A stretch of DNA of 57,847 nt, counting the filler, from Sluysia triapertura (taxonomy: Eukaryota): assembly GCA_046118255.1 (NCBI GenBank). It is 4 parts of 4 records of this genome, joined end to end, with 100 filler letters (N's around TTAATTAATTAA, not from the genome) between each part and the next. Parts side by side here need not be neighbours in the genome. Positions count along the whole stretch, not along the records: positions 34,397 to 45,298 come from JBJNIA010191751.1; positions 45,399 to 57,847 come from JBJNIA010108092.1; 2 more parts are not named here. The stretch is one strand, 5' to 3'. The notes beneath the pieces were generated by a model. The model saw nothing but the letters and a program-made list of their open reading frames with translations, made no database searches and was not told the origin of the DNA. This document shows positions 41,436 to 53,971 of this stretch, piece by piece. Both the position numbers and the translations under genes were made by a program. Numbering within the stretch: the first letter of the stretch is position 1; each line of letters starts with the position of its first letter.

Positions 41436-41836
41436 CTGCAAAACACCTTCAAAAGAATATCGAATATAGGAAACATAAGAAATCCATTGTAAATATTTTG
41501 GAATTGTGTCAAAAGAAACGAAAAATCCAGAAAATAAAAGTATAGGAATCCCCGAGACAGGACCAAGAAATACTGCAACTTGTAAAGAAGTGGCTGCCCC
41601 TATAACAAGACCCAGTGATTGTCCAACTAATGCAGTTTGTACACACACTGTCAAAAACATGAAAAATCTGATGAAATCTGCAGGTTGATCTGTCATCCAA
41701 TAAACAATACTACCATAGATGACAGGGAATATGATTTGAAATGGCATATCGGCAAAAGTTTTCGCCAAATAATATGCTTTGAGACTGTACCAATAATTGA
41801 GATGTTCTCGACGAAACACAGACATTTCCATAGGAA
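41436..41836 (-). CDS. ABCG1/ABCG4-like ABC transporter, transmembrane (ABC2_membrane) exon
   Basis: [33 protein letters not shown]...[20 protein letters not shown]...[33 protein letters not shown]. Acceptor ttcag|41836; donor cag|gttaga at 41435. Confidence 0.93.
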
Positions 41837-42865
41837 CTGAATAATATTCAATATATAAATAAATAATATGATATTTTATAAATTTAAATATGTTAACTAA
41901 CAATAAAAACTACAATTTAAGACAATATTGTCATGGATTTTATCAACTTTTATTTACTTTAGGATCTCAAAAATATTATTCGTGGTAAACCGTTTGAAAA
42001 TAAGTAAAAATCTAATGAAAGTCGTTAGAAAATGGATTATTAATACATAGGTGAGAAAAGATCTGTGGAAGAAAATGACAATAGTATAAGTTTGTATCTA
42101 TTTTTAGTCTATTTTTATTCTGTCTGTTTTTTGTTTCAGCTTATACATGTGCATAAATTTGACTATTTTTTAATGTGCATTTTGTGTATCATTATATTTG
42201 AAAATAATATTAAACAGTCTATTTTTATTTTACTTCTTTCATAATTTAGAAATGTTTTATACTCGTCCAATCTGCCAGAGATCCATACATAAACAACACA
42301 CTAAAACACTTCTTTGCAGACATAAGTTTCATTTTAAATGCATCATCAATACGCATTATATAGAATATGATAGATTTGTATATATAATAATTTAGTTCAA
42401 AGATAAGCACATCTTTATAGACAGTTGGTTATTTTCTGAATAATTTTTTTAAAATAAATTATTATATATTCGAAAAGAAGGATAATAAAAGTCGATGTAA
42501 GTGCAAGATTGCAATATTCGGATCTTATCTTCACTGAGGATCAAAATCCAAAATTACAATTAAAATTTTGATTGTTGTATCTTTTACCAAAATAAGGTTC
42601 TAAAATGTGTTTTCTTAACCATTTAATAGGCAAGTCGCTCATACGCAAAAAAGAAAAAAAATAAAAAATTTAAATAAAAAGTATTTTGTTTTAGAACAAT
42701 ATTTTAGCAAGAATAGAATTTAAAAACACATTGTACTTGCGTTTAGAACGAAATACATTATCCTGTAAATTTGAAGCTTTCTCTATATTTATGTCTATTT
42801 AGCTTATCAAATTAAAAATTTCAATCGAAGTTTTGAAAAAAATGTTTCATTTTAACTTCCTAGTA

Positions 42866-43520
42866 CAGGGATGGCGAACCAATAGCACGTTTGAAAGTTT
42901 TGATGGAACGCACAAAAACAAAATTATTATTTTTATAAGTTATCTTTTTTGATAGAAATGAATTAAAAATTATTAATCTACACTTAATTTATAATTTATG
43001 ATATAAATTTGTAGTACTGAATACCTATTTTAGTATGTTAACTAGAACATATCGAATTATACATTTTATTATTAAAATATCGCATGAATTCTCTCGAAGT
43101 ATATAAAGATGCGCATGAGATAAAATTTTTTGCGTATCCAGTTTCGCCTTTTAGTGTTATTGCATTTTATTGCCGTCGCAGCACTCAAACTTCATTAGCC
43201 ATTTTAGTAAACCGTCGACTTTGACGGATTAATCGAGCTCTGAATACGTGCTGTTGAAATTAACTAAATATGAGCTAGATATTAAATCTTTATCATCTTG
43301 TGTACAGCCACAAAAATCACATTAAAAGCAATTGTTTTAACATGAATTTTGTTTCTAACATATTGCTTTTTGTAAAACATTGATTAATAAAAAATTGTTT
43401 AAAGAATAATTGTTTTTATTTGTTTATTTAGAATGAAATTTTATTGTGGCACGTTACCTATTTAAGAAAAAATTTTTTTGACTTTGTGGCACGGACATCA
43501 AAATAGGTTCGCCATCCCTG
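42866..43520 (+). mobile_element. Internally deleted hAT transposon (Buster/Charlie group)
   Basis: Perfect 15-bp TIR CAGGGATGGCGAACC / GGTTCGCCATCCCTG; CTAG-centred 8-bp flanks (not identical); transposase C-terminal remnant TLTD*SSSEYVLLKLTKYELDIKSLSSCVQPQKSH* ending at 43325. Confidence 0.88.
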
Positions 43521-44243
43521 CTCTAGATGCTTTCACCTTCACCTCTCTTATTCCTTTTTTTTACTTCTTCATGTTAATTATTACTATACTAGATTATTCT
43601 TAATACCAATAACAATGATTTAATTTCTCATATATTTCAAAGATTTTAAATACTTTATAAGGTTACTAAAAGATCTCAAATGCTTATAGATGCCTCAAGA
43701 ATACTTAAAGATTACTAGAGTCTTAAATGATATAAAGGTTTACAAGTTCAAAGGTACCTTAATGCTTTGAAAGGTTTTCCAAGTTCATCTCCAAGTTTCA
43801 AACCCCTATATAGGTCTTTGGACCTCCAAGGTATTCTTTAGCTGTTAACATTATTATAGATATTTTGACTTTTATGATTCTTATTCCAACTATGTTTATC
43901 ATGTTTAATCCATCACTTTGTATAGTTTTTCCTTCATTTTATAGTTCTGCATATTACTTACTCATCTCCTGATTCACAGTTTTGCAATTCCAACAGTTTT
44001 ACTAATAGTCCTTTATTGATCATATTTTGTATAGGATCTTTTGTTACCACTTTGGCTAATATAGGTTTCGTGGATTCAGTTGCAAACTGGGCACTACTAA
44101 GCTTACAAACATTGTATTAAAACTCGGCGAAGCTTCTACCTTTTCACATATTTTGAGGACTGCCGTTCATTTAAGTTTGATGCTCTTAAATTCGAAGCAA
44201 CCTTATTATCTGTACATAACAGTGAGTCACTTGTATTTATTAA

Positions 44244-44471
44244 CCCTTTCAGCCCCGGGACCGCCATAGGGCGTCAATGGCGATTTTTTCTCTTACACAA
44301 CTGATATGCAAGATCCTACCAAAGTAATACGAAGAGCATAATTTTAGCTTCCTCCAGATATAAAGATTACCTTGAACGTAATTATGTAACATCAGAGCGC
44401 CGCCATATTTGTGCAAAAAAGACAATAAATCACCATATATCTTAAGGAAAAAAAATTCGGGGCTGAAAGGA
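44244..44471. mobile_element. piggyBac MITE
   Basis: TTAA|CCCTTTCAGCCCCG ... CGGGGCTGAAAGGA|TTAA; 13/14 TIR; TTAA TSD. Confidence 0.88.
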
Positions 44472-44644
44472 TTAAGTCATCAGCCTTTAAAAAAATTATA
44501 TTCAATTAGAGGAATAAAAATTATTATTCTTTTTTAAATTATTTGATCGCGTTTATATTGTCCTATTATACCCTTTAATATATTTTAATATTATTTAACA
44601 TTATATCGCCATTTCTATCGGATTCTATATAGGGAAATATAACT

Positions 44645-45150
44645 TGTATTTCAAACACAAGTTTAATCGAACATTTATTTAATAACAATTGCGAAGGTTT
44701 TATCTATAAAATACAAATTATAATTCTGGAGATGAGTCCACCTAACATAAACGTCTTATATCTGATCGAAGGCGGTGTGTCAGGCTTTTGAAAATAAGTC
44801 ACGTAGTAATATTCAGAATAACTAAGATTGATCACGTAATTCTAGTCTAAATTGGTCAAGTTCTATTATCGATCATTAAATAATTTACAGTAATTTTGTA
44901 AATGGTCACGTAACAATATGAATCGGTCACGTAATCAGTACTTTCAAACCTTAAGGTTAGTTGTGTAACACTTGGTCAAGAATCTTTAAAAGGAATTAAT
45001 TATTAATAATAGATTACAAGATTCTGAGTTAGCTTTTTGCCGTCTAATTTTAAAATTAGTATTTTAAATTAGCCTTTACGGTCTAACTATAAAATTTCTT
45101 TTTACATTTTAATATATTTAGCTAGCCTTAGTACGGTCTAGCCGGAAACA
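44645..45150 (-). mobile_element. Probable solo LTR, copy B
   Basis: TG...CA ends. On the minus strand, in order: three hairpins, four TACGTGA motifs, TATAAG (~44760-44755), AATAAA (~44679-44674) about 30 nt from the end. Flanks AACT / ACT give only an imperfect TSD. Confidence 0.55.
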
Positions 45151-45179
45151 ACTGTATTTTATTTATTTAATAAACAAAA

Positions 45180-45283
45180 CGAAACTATTCAAAGTGTATC
45201 ACTTGTTAGACTTCGTAAAATGGGGATCGAACCCGGGACCATCGTCTGCGCAGTCGATGCTCTACCACTGAGCTATCAGCCCC
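45180..45283 (-). mobile_element. tRNA-derived SINE, copy 1 (not a functional tRNA)
   Basis: GGGGCTGATAGCTCAGTGGTAGAGC (A box) ... GGTTCGATCCC (B box); non-canonical anticodon arm; 3' acceptor strand missing; tail ATTTTACGAAGTC shared with 50435-50516. Confidence 0.75.
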
Positions 45284-45298
45284 GTCTAACAATTTCAT

Positions 45299-45398
45299 NN
45301 NNNNNNNNNNNNNNNNNNNNNNNNNNNNNNNNNNNNNNNNNNTTAATTAATTAANNNNNNNNNNNNNNNNNNNNNNNNNNNNNNNNNNNNNNNNNNNN
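45299..45398. other. Artificial contig spacer
   Basis: 44 N + TTAATTAATTAA + 44 N. Confidence 0.97.

Positions 45399-45467
<69 letters not shown>
45399..45467. repeat. (AAT)n microsatellite at contig start
   Basis: Direct reading. Confidence 0.95.
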
Positions 45468-45468
<1 letters not shown>

Positions 45469-46808
45469 TTTTAAATATTGTTAAATGCAGAGTATTTTCT
45501 ATAATCTCAAAAATCAAAGACATTTCGTGTTATACACGGATAATAAACCTGTCTTAATTTAATAATAATAATGATAATGATAATAGTGTAAAAATATCAA
45601 CTTTTATTAGTAATAAATTTAATTTATTTCGAATCTTAGATGCTTCTCTTTTCGAATCAGTTAAAAACTTTTCGACTATATTCTCTTATTAATTTAATAT
45701 GAAATTATTATCGAGGTTTGAGTCCTTACTCGTTTCTGGTGTAAGTGCAAACTATCTTGAATCTTAACAATAACAAGTTTCAAGGGTGATAACACGATTT
45801 ATAAAATTGTGGTTATGAATAGAAACAAAATATATAATTTTGTAAGAATTTCTGAGTGACGCTTCCCTTAACTTTTAAATTCAGTAAAGTTATTTATTTT
45901 TTAAATATTAATGAAATACTTGTTTAATGTATTTCATTCCGTATTACTTATAGTTTATAATTAACTGCTACTTACTATTGTCCAGAATATTATAAATTAT
46001 TCGCAACAGTATTTTGTCAGTAGTTAAATCGATATTATTTAATCAATCATAATTATTTTTACTTTATTATTTATTTTATTTTACTTTTACTTTTCCTATT
46101 TTTTTACACTTATCTATTTTTAGACGGGTGCCTTACATTAATAATAATAATAATAAATTAACCTTAAATGACCTAAATAAATAAATAAATAATAGTAATA
46201 ATAAAGAAAATAAACCGAATATTACCTAAAATAAATCGTTAATAATGTTTCCAAAAATAAAAACTAGCCTAATTTAACAGAATTGATACTAAAAATAAAT
46301 AATTACTCTTACGGATAATGTATAATAGAGCCACTTAAATTTTGGTCACTAGAAAATAATGACGATAATAGCTGAAAACGCTAATAAACTTTGTGGTGAT
46401 CATTATAATTCAAAATTTGGTATCAATTGGTAATTAAAGTTTGCTGTTGCTCCTGCGTGATTAATAATTGACTTGACTTGTCGGTACCAGCGACTATCAA
46501 TCAATCTGATGAATTTGGTTTAATTTATCTTTTAATGAACGTTTAACATTTGCTAGAAGTAATTCAAAAAATAATTAATTATCATTTTTAGTTTTTATAT
46601 TTGTATTTGTATTTTTAACACATTTTTGTAACAACTTAGAATTTGTCTTAACTTATTTTACTTGATAGACTTTAAAGAACAATTACTCGTACAGAAAAAT
46701 ATTTATAAATAATAGAGGTAATTAAAATACAATAGAATGTAGACTTATCCTAAATTCATAGACTTACTGGAAGTAATAAAAGACATAGATCTTAATTAAG
46801 AGTCGTTA

Positions 46809-49360
46809 GTGTAGTGACCAACCCAATATCTTTGAATTTTATTAAGAAATAGACAACAAAATCACATTTCACAACATTTCATAATTCAAAATATTTCCAA
46901 ACATGCCAAATATAAAATTAGTAACATCAAAAATCATCAATGATTTACTAAAAAAGTTTATCCAAAATACTGCAAAATTAATACAACACACTTTACATAA
47001 AATCACACTCTATAACATTTTAACCATTCATACAGCTAAACTTCTTTACATTTTATTTTTTCTACCTTCACTAAAACTTTATAATAAGCTCAAAACACCT
47101 CTATTTCATACTTCATAAAATTAAAATTACATTCACTTTCAGAATTTATAACATACATTATAAAGTCATTAAAAATATTTTATTCATAGTTACATAACGG
47201 TACAATCATAAGTATATTTGTTAACATTCCACAACTACCTTTTAGAAGGTGTCATAACCGTTTCTATCTTTTATTTCTTTCAGATTCATTTTTCACGTCT
47301 CAAAACATTGTAACTCACAAATTTTCGACATCCAAGCTTTACATACACATTTCAAAACTCAGCTAAAACATTTTTACGCATTATCTAATGACATTAAAAT
47401 CACAGGTACATCTTAAACTATCAAATTTACATCTTAAATTCAATCCAAAACATTACAAGCTTACAATCTTTTAACATTCAACTTCTAAGACAATTATAGT
47501 AAGCAAAGAAATTTAATTATGTTGAGAAAATTTTTAATAAAAGAAAGATCGTATTATATGGAAAGAGATTTATGTTTTTGAATTAATTTATTATTATTAT
47601 TATTTTTTTTTAATTTTAATTTTAATTATTATTACCATTATTATTATTTAATGTTATTATTTTTATCAATATTACATAAAATATTACATAAAATCATCTT
47701 TATCTGTGTAGTAGCTACCACTATCAATGATGACAGTATCAATTCGTATTCACTATCTGCTTTCATTATTAATAGTTATTTGGCTCAGATACAGCATTGT
47801 TTTAACTGTGCTACATTGGTTGTCAAATCAGAATTACTATTTTTTTACTGTGTCTCTCATTCTGGTTCAGCAACCAATAATATGCACGAACACCAAAAAT
47901 CAAATACTCTACGAAATACTAAAATACTAAAATACAAAAATGCTAAAAAAGACAGTTTTAAAAAGTTTTAACGACGAAAAAACAAAATTAGTTAACGATT
48001 TTTTCTAAACAAAAAATAATCATTAAAGTGAAAAATTTATAGTACATTGTATACATTTATTCTACAATGATAACAAGCGCAGCTAATTTATCCGGAATAT
48101 TCGATTATATTTCAAAATTAAAATATTCAAAGCCGGCCCAAGTTCAGCAACGTGCTATGCCATTATTTCTGAAACGTAAAGATGATATTAGTTTATCTGA
48201 AACCAGCAGTGGAAAAATTGTTCCCTACGGCATTCCGTTCGGTCAACAGTCAACGATTAACGATTAATGTATGTAATGATTTTGATTTCCACAGTTGAAT
48301 TAGCAATGCAAAAGTATGTTCAGTTAATAAGAATGAGTAAAGGATTAAATCTGAAAATAATGTGTTCAACTAGAGATACAAATATGATCGATCAACTAAC
48401 TGAACTCAGTATTTTAGATATCCACATTGTAGTAGCAACTCCGTGTCGAATTTTTATGATGCTTCACCATACAAATCAAATTAAAGAAATTTTTGATTCT
48501 ATACAACATTTGGTAATTGAGAAGGCAGATAAAATGATGCATTACGAATTGGATGAAGAGACCGAAAGGGTTTTATGCATATTACCATCAAAATTAAGTA
48601 ATAAAAGAAAACAGAGAAATAAAAAGATGATCAAACGAATACAAATATGGAGAAGTTGAAAAGAAGTTTAGGATTTTGTATTACGGTCTACAATTTGATG
48701 ATGTCGCATTAAAAATTAATCTTCCAACACAGTTGAAACCTTATGTTTGGACTACATCAAATGATACTGAAGATAAAGTTAATTTTAAAATAATATTCAA
48801 AGCATTGATGCATTATTTTGATGAAATATGTTTAAAGTTTTGGCCTTTGTTGATGATGTTCCTGATACACAAAGTATGTTTATTAATGATTTTTCCGGTA
48901 AAGCATTAGATGTCAAAGTTACGGTTTTAGTCGTCAACCACAATTCTTAAATAATATAGATCCTCATTAATACAAGGCTAGACGAACTGCAAATGATATT
49001 AGATCAGTTTCTGTTCCTAATTTCGTATTTCGTGAAATCTAAAACTTGCCATCAAGTTCTTACAAGTCTACAACACAAGATGGTTATGATAATCAATGTA
49101 AAACACGTGAAGAGGATTGCGAAATCTTACAATCTTACATCAAATGACACAAAAGTAAATTTTACTTATTATTATTTAACTGATGAATTAATTTTATGCG
49201 TTTATTTATTTAGTGACATCAAGTCGAGAAATCTATGGCATTTTCGAAAAATCACTAACATCAGTTTAAAAAATTTTAGTTTTTGTAGTATTAATAAAAT
49301 TAGATCTTCATACGAGTTTTCATTTAATTTGATTAATTTTCAATTATTTCTTTCCAAATA
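46809..49360 (+). repeat. Copy 2 of the duplicated leader + DEAD-derived gene + trailer unit
   Basis: Colinear blocks shared with 2976-5270 (listed under that feature). Confidence 0.75.
48067..49020 (+). pseudogene. Intronless DEAD-box domain-1 pseudogene (DDX49/Dbp8-like) fused to an unrecognised C-terminal region
   Basis: Q motif KYSKPAQVQQRAMP; motif I SETSSGKI; Ia ISTVELAMQ; Ib VVATPCRI; II VIEKADKMM. No SAT motif or RecA2 motifs follow. Stops and frameshifts at ~48267 and ~48659. Confidence 0.8.
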
Positions 49361-49477
49361 ATGCAAAAACGAAACATAATTCTCTTCTCCACAACCGAAT
49401 TTTAATAATATTTGTTAATAAAATAAACCTAATTTCACCAACAAACAATTATAATTTATTAATTTTAAAGAATTCTA

Positions 49478-50230
49478 ATGGTATTGACAACTGTAATAAA
49501 CCATCACAATAAAGATAAAGTGAGGAAATATCTGCATGAGCTTTCCAACACCAATTCCTTGAATTCCTGCAAAGTTCAAAGTCGCTTTGTCGAATGTTTT
49601 ATGAAAAGTCCTCTATCTGGTCGTCCCTTTTCCCTGCAATTAAGAAACCAGTGTTGGATTTTCATGACTAAAGCCAGGAATAATATTCTGAAACCTAATT
49701 TCTGTCTCAAAACATTCGACTAAATCTTCCTCTTACCTGTCGTAGGTGTGGCTTCGAACGAGAAACTTATTGTCTTTGTCCGCACACCATCACTGTCTGT
49801 ACTGTAAGGCATAATAAAACTGTAGAATGTCTCTCGGTGAAAAAGATAACCAAACCCCCTTGGACATTATAGGTGACCTGATATTCAAGCTTAAGATATC
49901 AAATTCCCTATTGATAATTATGAAAACATTTAATATTACCAAGGCATAAGCTCCAAGACCAACTCAAATGTCCTGTCTCCCTAGACACATTTGGTTTTGG
50001 AGCTCTTGGTTCTTAAAAAGTTTGGTTTTCATAAAGCTGATATTACTGGTTTGGCACGCCAGTGTATCACGCTATCCCTAGAAACTTCCTTTAATATGTA
50101 TAAAGACCATTCTCTTCAATATCCCACTTTACTATTAATTATCGTACCTTTGGGTTTCCTTTTCTTTTTGTGTGGTGAATAATGTTATGTATATTTCTTT
50201 TTCCCCCTTTAAAATCCTTTGAATTTTCCA
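49478..50230 (+). mobile_element. 3' remnant of an RLE-type (R2/NeSL/R4-group) non-LTR retrotransposon
   Basis: WIFMTKARNNIL; CRRCGFERET..LC......RHNK (CCHC + RHN, ~49738-49818); LDTFGFGALGS; C-terminal LKKFGF...LETSFNMYKDH. Confidence 0.75.
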
Positions 50231-50434
50231 ATACAACAACAAACATAATTACCTCTTCCAATCTTTCCTTTTATGTAATGTATCGTTATGGTGAACAATA
50301 AAGAGCAGCAGCACAGACAATAAATTCTTATTTACATTTATTTTGATCCCTTATCCATATTTATATAATTATTATTCATATTTATACTCTTCATGTAAAT
50401 ACTTGTCATTATTTTAAAATACATGTTTTAAATT

Positions 50435-50516
50435 CATCGAACTGCACACTGACATGTCCCTGGTTCGATCTCCGGTCAGTCTATTTTATGAAGTCGAATA
50501 TACTTCAAATATTTCG
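50435..50516 (+). mobile_element. tRNA-derived SINE, copy 2 (5'-truncated)
   Basis: CATCGAACTGCACA...GTCCCTGGTTCGATCTCCGGTCAGTCTATTTTATGAAGTC aligns with the reverse complement of 45180-45260. Confidence 0.65.
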
Positions 50517-51221
50517 AATTTCCAAGAAAACTGAACAAATTTTATAAAAATGTAGCTATAAATTATCATTGTATAGTCATTATTATCAATAATTACTTAA
50601 TTAGATTATTCAATTATAATTATTTATAATAATAATAATTTAAAATAAACAAATTATAATTTATAATTGTATTATTTTTTCATTTCTAGTTATAAAACAG
50701 ATATTATTAGTAATTCAAGTAATAAATAAATAAAAATTATTTTTATCTCAACAAATATGAAACATTTTAATAATATGTATTGTATTGTTTTAATGAATTT
50801 AAAATATTTGATAAATTTTATCAACAAGTTTTCGAGTTGTAAATAGAATTTTGTATATTTTATGCATCTTTAATTATTTTTTTTGAATAAATATGAATAA
50901 TTAATACAAATTATTTAATTCGGCATTATTAAAAACGTGTTATTGTATAATTTCTGATATTTTAATAATTGTGTTTACTTTCATTATTTTGATTTTACCG
51001 TCAAATAAACATATTGTGCTTAGTGATTATTTATTTGAAAATTATAATTATATACATACAAATCATTGATCTTATCGAGGAAAGCACACAAGTACGAAAT
51101 TAAGAAGATAAAATATATCTTTATATTAGAGATCATTGCAAAAAGTACGTTTTGTAAAATAATTCTGTTATAAATAAATTAATTTAATTTTTTATTCTGG
51201 AATACAAACACTAAACCGAAT

Positions 51222-51909
51222 CGCACACTTAAATAAAAATTAGATATCAAAAACAACAAATGTAATTTCTTCTTTTATGCCATTTTATGTTATCTTCGTT
51301 GCTACTGTTCATTTACTACTGCGAGTAGTAGTCTTTGGAATGACTTTTGCTTAATTTTTGTTCTGGACTCATTCTTAAAAATGCACGTATCTTCGTTAAT
51401 ACGAATTACTAGACAAGGACTAGTTACAAGCATGTTGAAGAAAGATGGGAAGCAAACTTCTGTAAAGAGTAAGTCGACAATATTCAACCTCTTATCCATA
51501 TTTGAAGTAAGTGGAAGTGTGTCAAATGCTCCTTCGTTCACCTGAAAACATGACTGCGTTGTTCATTGTTCTGAAAAATCTATCCGCCAGACATTGAAAT
51601 AGATGAATATTTCTCGATCCTTACTCCACCGTATCTTGTACGACATTGGTTTAAAACCACACAAACATCATCTTCTTCAGGCCCTAAATGAGAATAATCC
51701 GAATAGAATTTTGTACAATTTTGTGAAGAATCATCAGATTTTCCAGATTTCAGAGGAAACTTGCCAGAAAGTATGTCACAGTGTTGTCAAAAGATGAAAT
51801 TAAAGGTGGACATTTTGAACATTTGTAAATACTAAATATACCTATTAAATTTGTCGTTTTTGATATCTAATTTTTATTTAAGTTTGCGGTTCAGTTACTT
51901 TTGGGACAT
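51222..51909 (+). mobile_element. Internally deleted Tc1/mariner-superfamily element (DUF4817-type HTH transposase)
   Basis: 40-bp inverted repeats 51222-51261 / 51849-51888 (38/40). Remnants KSTIFNLLSIFEVSGSVSNAP, ISRSLLHRILYDIGLKPHKHHLLQALNE and GGHFEHL*. The DDD core is absent. Confidence 0.82.
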
Positions 51910-53741
51910 ATTAACACAAATTAACTCATTCTTTGCGGAAAACTGAAGTCCAGTCCGATAGAAAATAATATTTATTTAACTAATAGAGACAAATGTAAAT
52001 TGGAAATATAAACAAAACATAAACAAAATAAACAAAAGCTGATGTATTTTCTATGGAAAGATGAAATATGAATGCGCTAGCAACTGAGAAGACACACCGG
52101 TACTATGTCTGTGAGAAACCTGCTCGTGAATAATTGCAAAATTCATTGTTGGTAATTTCGTCATTAATGATGAAGAGAGAAATATTATTTTCTATCAGAC
52201 CAAACTTTCGTCTCAATCCTATACAAACAAATATGAAACATCGGCACGAAATTTACTTGATTTCAAATATCATTCGAATCTTGCTGGAAAGATGCGATTT
52301 TTATTTTTCTAGTCCATGAGGCGTTTAATACTAACAAAATTAAACACATGATTTCATATCTATTTTTATTCTACGAAAATAATTAAATCACTACTAAATT
52401 ATAACTTCTGATGTGGATTTTATATCTTCTTTCAAGGTCATTTTTCATTGCAAAGAAGCCTTTATTTCTCTATTTAGATAAGATTATGTATATGTAGAAA
52501 TAATGTGAAGATTGCATTATCTAGAAAATAATTTACTTAAATTAAGGTTAAATAAATTATTTTGCTAAAATTGATTTAAAAATTCATATTTTTCGCAAAA
52601 ATCTGTGTAATAATTCGTAATAATTCATATATATGTATATATAAATATAATCGAAATGAAATTATTTTTTTTGCAACTCCCAAAAGAAAAATGAAAATAT
52701 GAATTTTTTGCAACATAATATTTTGTTGTGCATTTAAATCACCATATTTATTGAATTTATTTTTAAATGAATAAAATTTATTGCAACTTTATTATTGAAA
52801 TATGATCGATTTTCTTAACTAAGTTTATTGTGTGATTTTGTTTTGTTTTAATGAACGTGAATTTCGTTTTATTTTTAAATATAATTTAATCAATATGCAC
52901 ATCAGTTTTCGAACCATAAAAACGTAGTAAAACAGATGACTGTTAGGATCACTTTGCGGTCGCCATATATCGATGTACTCAACTGTTATATAATTGAATT
53001 TTTTTAATGTTCCATCTCATCTACTAATAGATCTACTAATTATTTGTATAATTATTTATCCCTTCGGCGTTTATTAAACTTTTGATTTTGTTATTAACTT
53101 TGTATATTTTATATTTTATATTTTATATTTTATTTTATATTGTATTGTATGTTACATTTTGAGTAAAAATTAAAAAATAATTTATTTTTGGTAAATAATG
53201 TTGGTTATTTGGATATTTTAAGTTACTACTTATTCGAACATTTGCTCGTTATTTTTTGTATACTTTTAAAAAAATAGAAAATATAAGATTTATATTGCTT
53301 GGGTAATTATTATTTTATTAATAATTATTTATTAATAATTATTGATCAAATTAACCGAAAAATATCGACTGAATTGTAAACATTTTAAATACGAATTTAA
53401 GTTGATATCAAATATTAGAAAATTGATTTATAACGATGAAGAATTTCCGAATATTACTTGATAATTACAGAAACTGCAAAAAGCGAAATTGATATTTATT
53501 TTGATATAATAATGTATACAGAATACACAGAGATAATAAGATAATCTATAAGTTACACTGTTGTAAATGTAATATCTTATGTGAGATGTTTTGTTTTATT
53601 ATGTGTAATATTTTATAATTATTCGGACATTATCTGAATTAAAATGTTTTAATTATTGTCACGAATAATTTTATTAAAATTATATTTAAAAATTGATTTT
53701 TTAACACATTCTTCCTTTATAAAATAGATAAAAATACAAAA

Positions 53742-53971
53742 CGCATTAATGACCAGATTTTTTTTCAAAATTTAAAAATCATGACATGCATTTAGTTATC
53801 TTGGTATATCACCTTATATACAAACTCAAATATTATAAAAACATTTTTTGTTTACGCAACACATACCAATGCAATGATTGTGCTAGGAAATTTCATTATT
53901 AAAAATATATTGCAATAAATAAAAATTATAAACCGTAAAGTCGTCATTTGACCACCATGGTTGCTAATGGG
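53742..53971 (+). mobile_element. Dispersed repeat, probable piggyBac-type MITE (copy 2)
   Basis: Closely matches 18521-18699; ends TAATGGG|TTAA, complementary to the (A/C)CCATTA start of copy 1. Confidence 0.7.

Noticed and set aside
45221-45283. Functional tRNA gene
   Set aside because: 3' acceptor strand is absent and the anticodon arm is non-canonical; treated as a SINE
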